Source: Gammaproteobacteria bacterium (GTDB lineage: Bacteria > Pseudomonadota > Gammaproteobacteria > Ga0077536). From it: a stretch of DNA of 64,000 bases. The notes beneath the pieces are model-generated. The model did no database searches. It was given only the letters and a program-made list of their open reading frames with translations, and was not told the origin of the DNA. Positions 63,171 to 64,000 of the stretch are shown piece by piece. How positions within the stretch are numbered: position 1 is the first letter of the stretch; each line of letters begins with the position of its first letter. The position numbers were made by a program, and so were the translations under genes. The stretch covers positions 81,290 through 145,289 of the forward strand of contig JBFXAQ010000002.1 in NCBI GenBank assembly GCA_050184115.1, in the 5' to 3' direction.

Positions 63171-64000
63171 TCAGTTCTTGTTGCGCAGCGCTTCGATGTC
63201 GGCGCGCGAGAGACCGGCGCCCTTGCCCCCGAGCAGGCGCGAGTTGGCCTGCTCGAAGCCGAACAGCTCGTCGGCGAGCGGCGTGTCGTAGTGGTATTTG
63301 ACCCAGTCGCCACAGAGGAAGCGGTAGGGTTCCTGGCAGGCTTTCGGCACGAACTCGCGGCTGCGCCGGTTGTACTCTTCCTGCGTGAGCACACCCTGGC
63401 TGGTGCGGTAACGGTCGTTCTTGGCCGGCAGGTTGGTCACCCCCGGCGCCATGCCGCCGACCGAGGCGGTGTAGTCGCCGTCGTTCAGCAGGCTGTAGGG
63501 GAAGTACGACAACGCCCGGCGCGGCTGGCCGGTGTGCATCATCATGGTGTACTCGTGCATGCGCTGGCTCGGGCAGGAGATGTAGCCGACCAGCTCGCCG
63601 AGAAAGAGGTTGCCGTACTCGTCGTTCAACAGTGGGCGGAAGCGCTCGGCGCGTTCGTCGATCAGCAGCCAGTCGTCCTTGTCGTAGACCCCGGCGATGT
63701 GGGCGAACTCCTTGCCGACGCCGAAGTAGACCAGCGCGCCGGCATCGAGCTGCTGGTCGCGCGTCCAGCCGGACATTTCCGCCCACAGCTTCGTGGTTGC
63801 TTCCTTGATACGCGCGGTGAGGTCGTCGAAGGTCGCGGTGAGTTCCTCCGGGCTGCCCATGCCGACCGGGATATGACCTTCGCTGAGGTTGTCGGCCGAA
63901 TACAGGCCGACGGCGACGATGTGTTCGGCCTTGAGTTCGGGCTCGGACTCGAACGAGCCCCAGTCGTCGAGCAGGTTGATGTGACAGCCCTCGATGATCA
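63171..64000 (-). CDS. Hypothetical protein, 3' part (reading frame stays open to the window edge)
   Basis: The minus-strand frame continues upstream of the annotated M (…IIEGCHINLLDDWGSFESEPELKAEHIVAVGLYSADNLSEGHIPVGMGSPEEL…), so the true start is outside the window. Family not recognised. Confidence 0.5.
   Translation of the reverse strand, partial: IIEGCHINLLDDWGSFESEPELKAEHIVAVGLYSADNLSEGHIPVGMGSPEELTATFDDLTARIKEATTKLWAEMSGWTRDQQLDAGALVYFGVGKEFAHIAGVYDKDDWLLIDERAERFRPLLNDEYGNLFLGELVGYISCPSQRMHEYTMMMHTGQPRRALSYFPYSLLNDGDYTASVGGMAPGVTNLPAKNDRYRTSQGVLTQEEYNRRSREFVPKACQEPYRFLCGDWVKYHYDTPLADELFGFEQANSRLLGGKGAGLSRADIEALRNKN

Noticed and set aside
62398-63786. 462-aa minus-strand ORF
   Set aside because: Different frame overlapping both 62553..63158 and 63171..63860. 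Arg/Pro-rich, low-complexity. The other two frames give more protein-like compositions.

Overview
This is a high-GC window (about 70% GC by eye) that looks like gammaproteobacterial chromosome. It is densely coded and mostly on the minus strand between roughly 21 kb and 58 kb.

Three parts stand out as conserved housekeeping or accessory blocks:
- An hflC-hflK-hflX-hfq-miaA-mutL-amiB-tsaE-nnr-orn superoperon, then recR-ybaB-dnaX with an unannotated SRP RNA (ffs) upstream of dnaX, and hisZ-purA-pdxH. Order and spacing match the E. coli yjeF...hflC-purA neighbourhood.
- A complete glycogen operon on the minus strand: glgC-glgA-glgP-glgB-glgX-malQ.
- The accessory content that looks most interesting:
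  - A co-directional block of eight genes at about 12.0-21.2 kb. It runs: MOSC-domain protein, CoxD-like MoxR AAA+ ATPase, CoxE-like VWA protein, a membrane-anchored Hanks-type Ser/Thr kinase with an unknown periplasmic domain, a small TerB-like ORF, a NapG-like and a NapH-like ferredoxin pair, and a secreted protein with a C-terminal lytic-transglycosylase (SLT) domain.
  - A hydantoinase/oxoprolinase hyuA-hyuB pair followed by a diverged inverted second copy of hyuB. Together the two hyuB copies form an inverted repeat of about 1.8 kb separated by about 50 bp.
  - A signalling cluster: a soluble histidine kinase with seven PAS domains, plus three response regulators with different outputs (ANTAR, HD-GYP, stand-alone receiver).
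  - Sulfur-related genes: a cNMP-binding/rhodanese protein, a persulfide-dioxygenase-rhodanese fusion, and a divergent ArsR-family regulator with an MBL-fold hydrolase.
  - An anomalous AT-rich island of about 110 bp between tsaE and amiB.

The many long ORFs antisense to real genes are treated as GC-driven artefacts. No tRNA, rRNA or CRISPR array was found.
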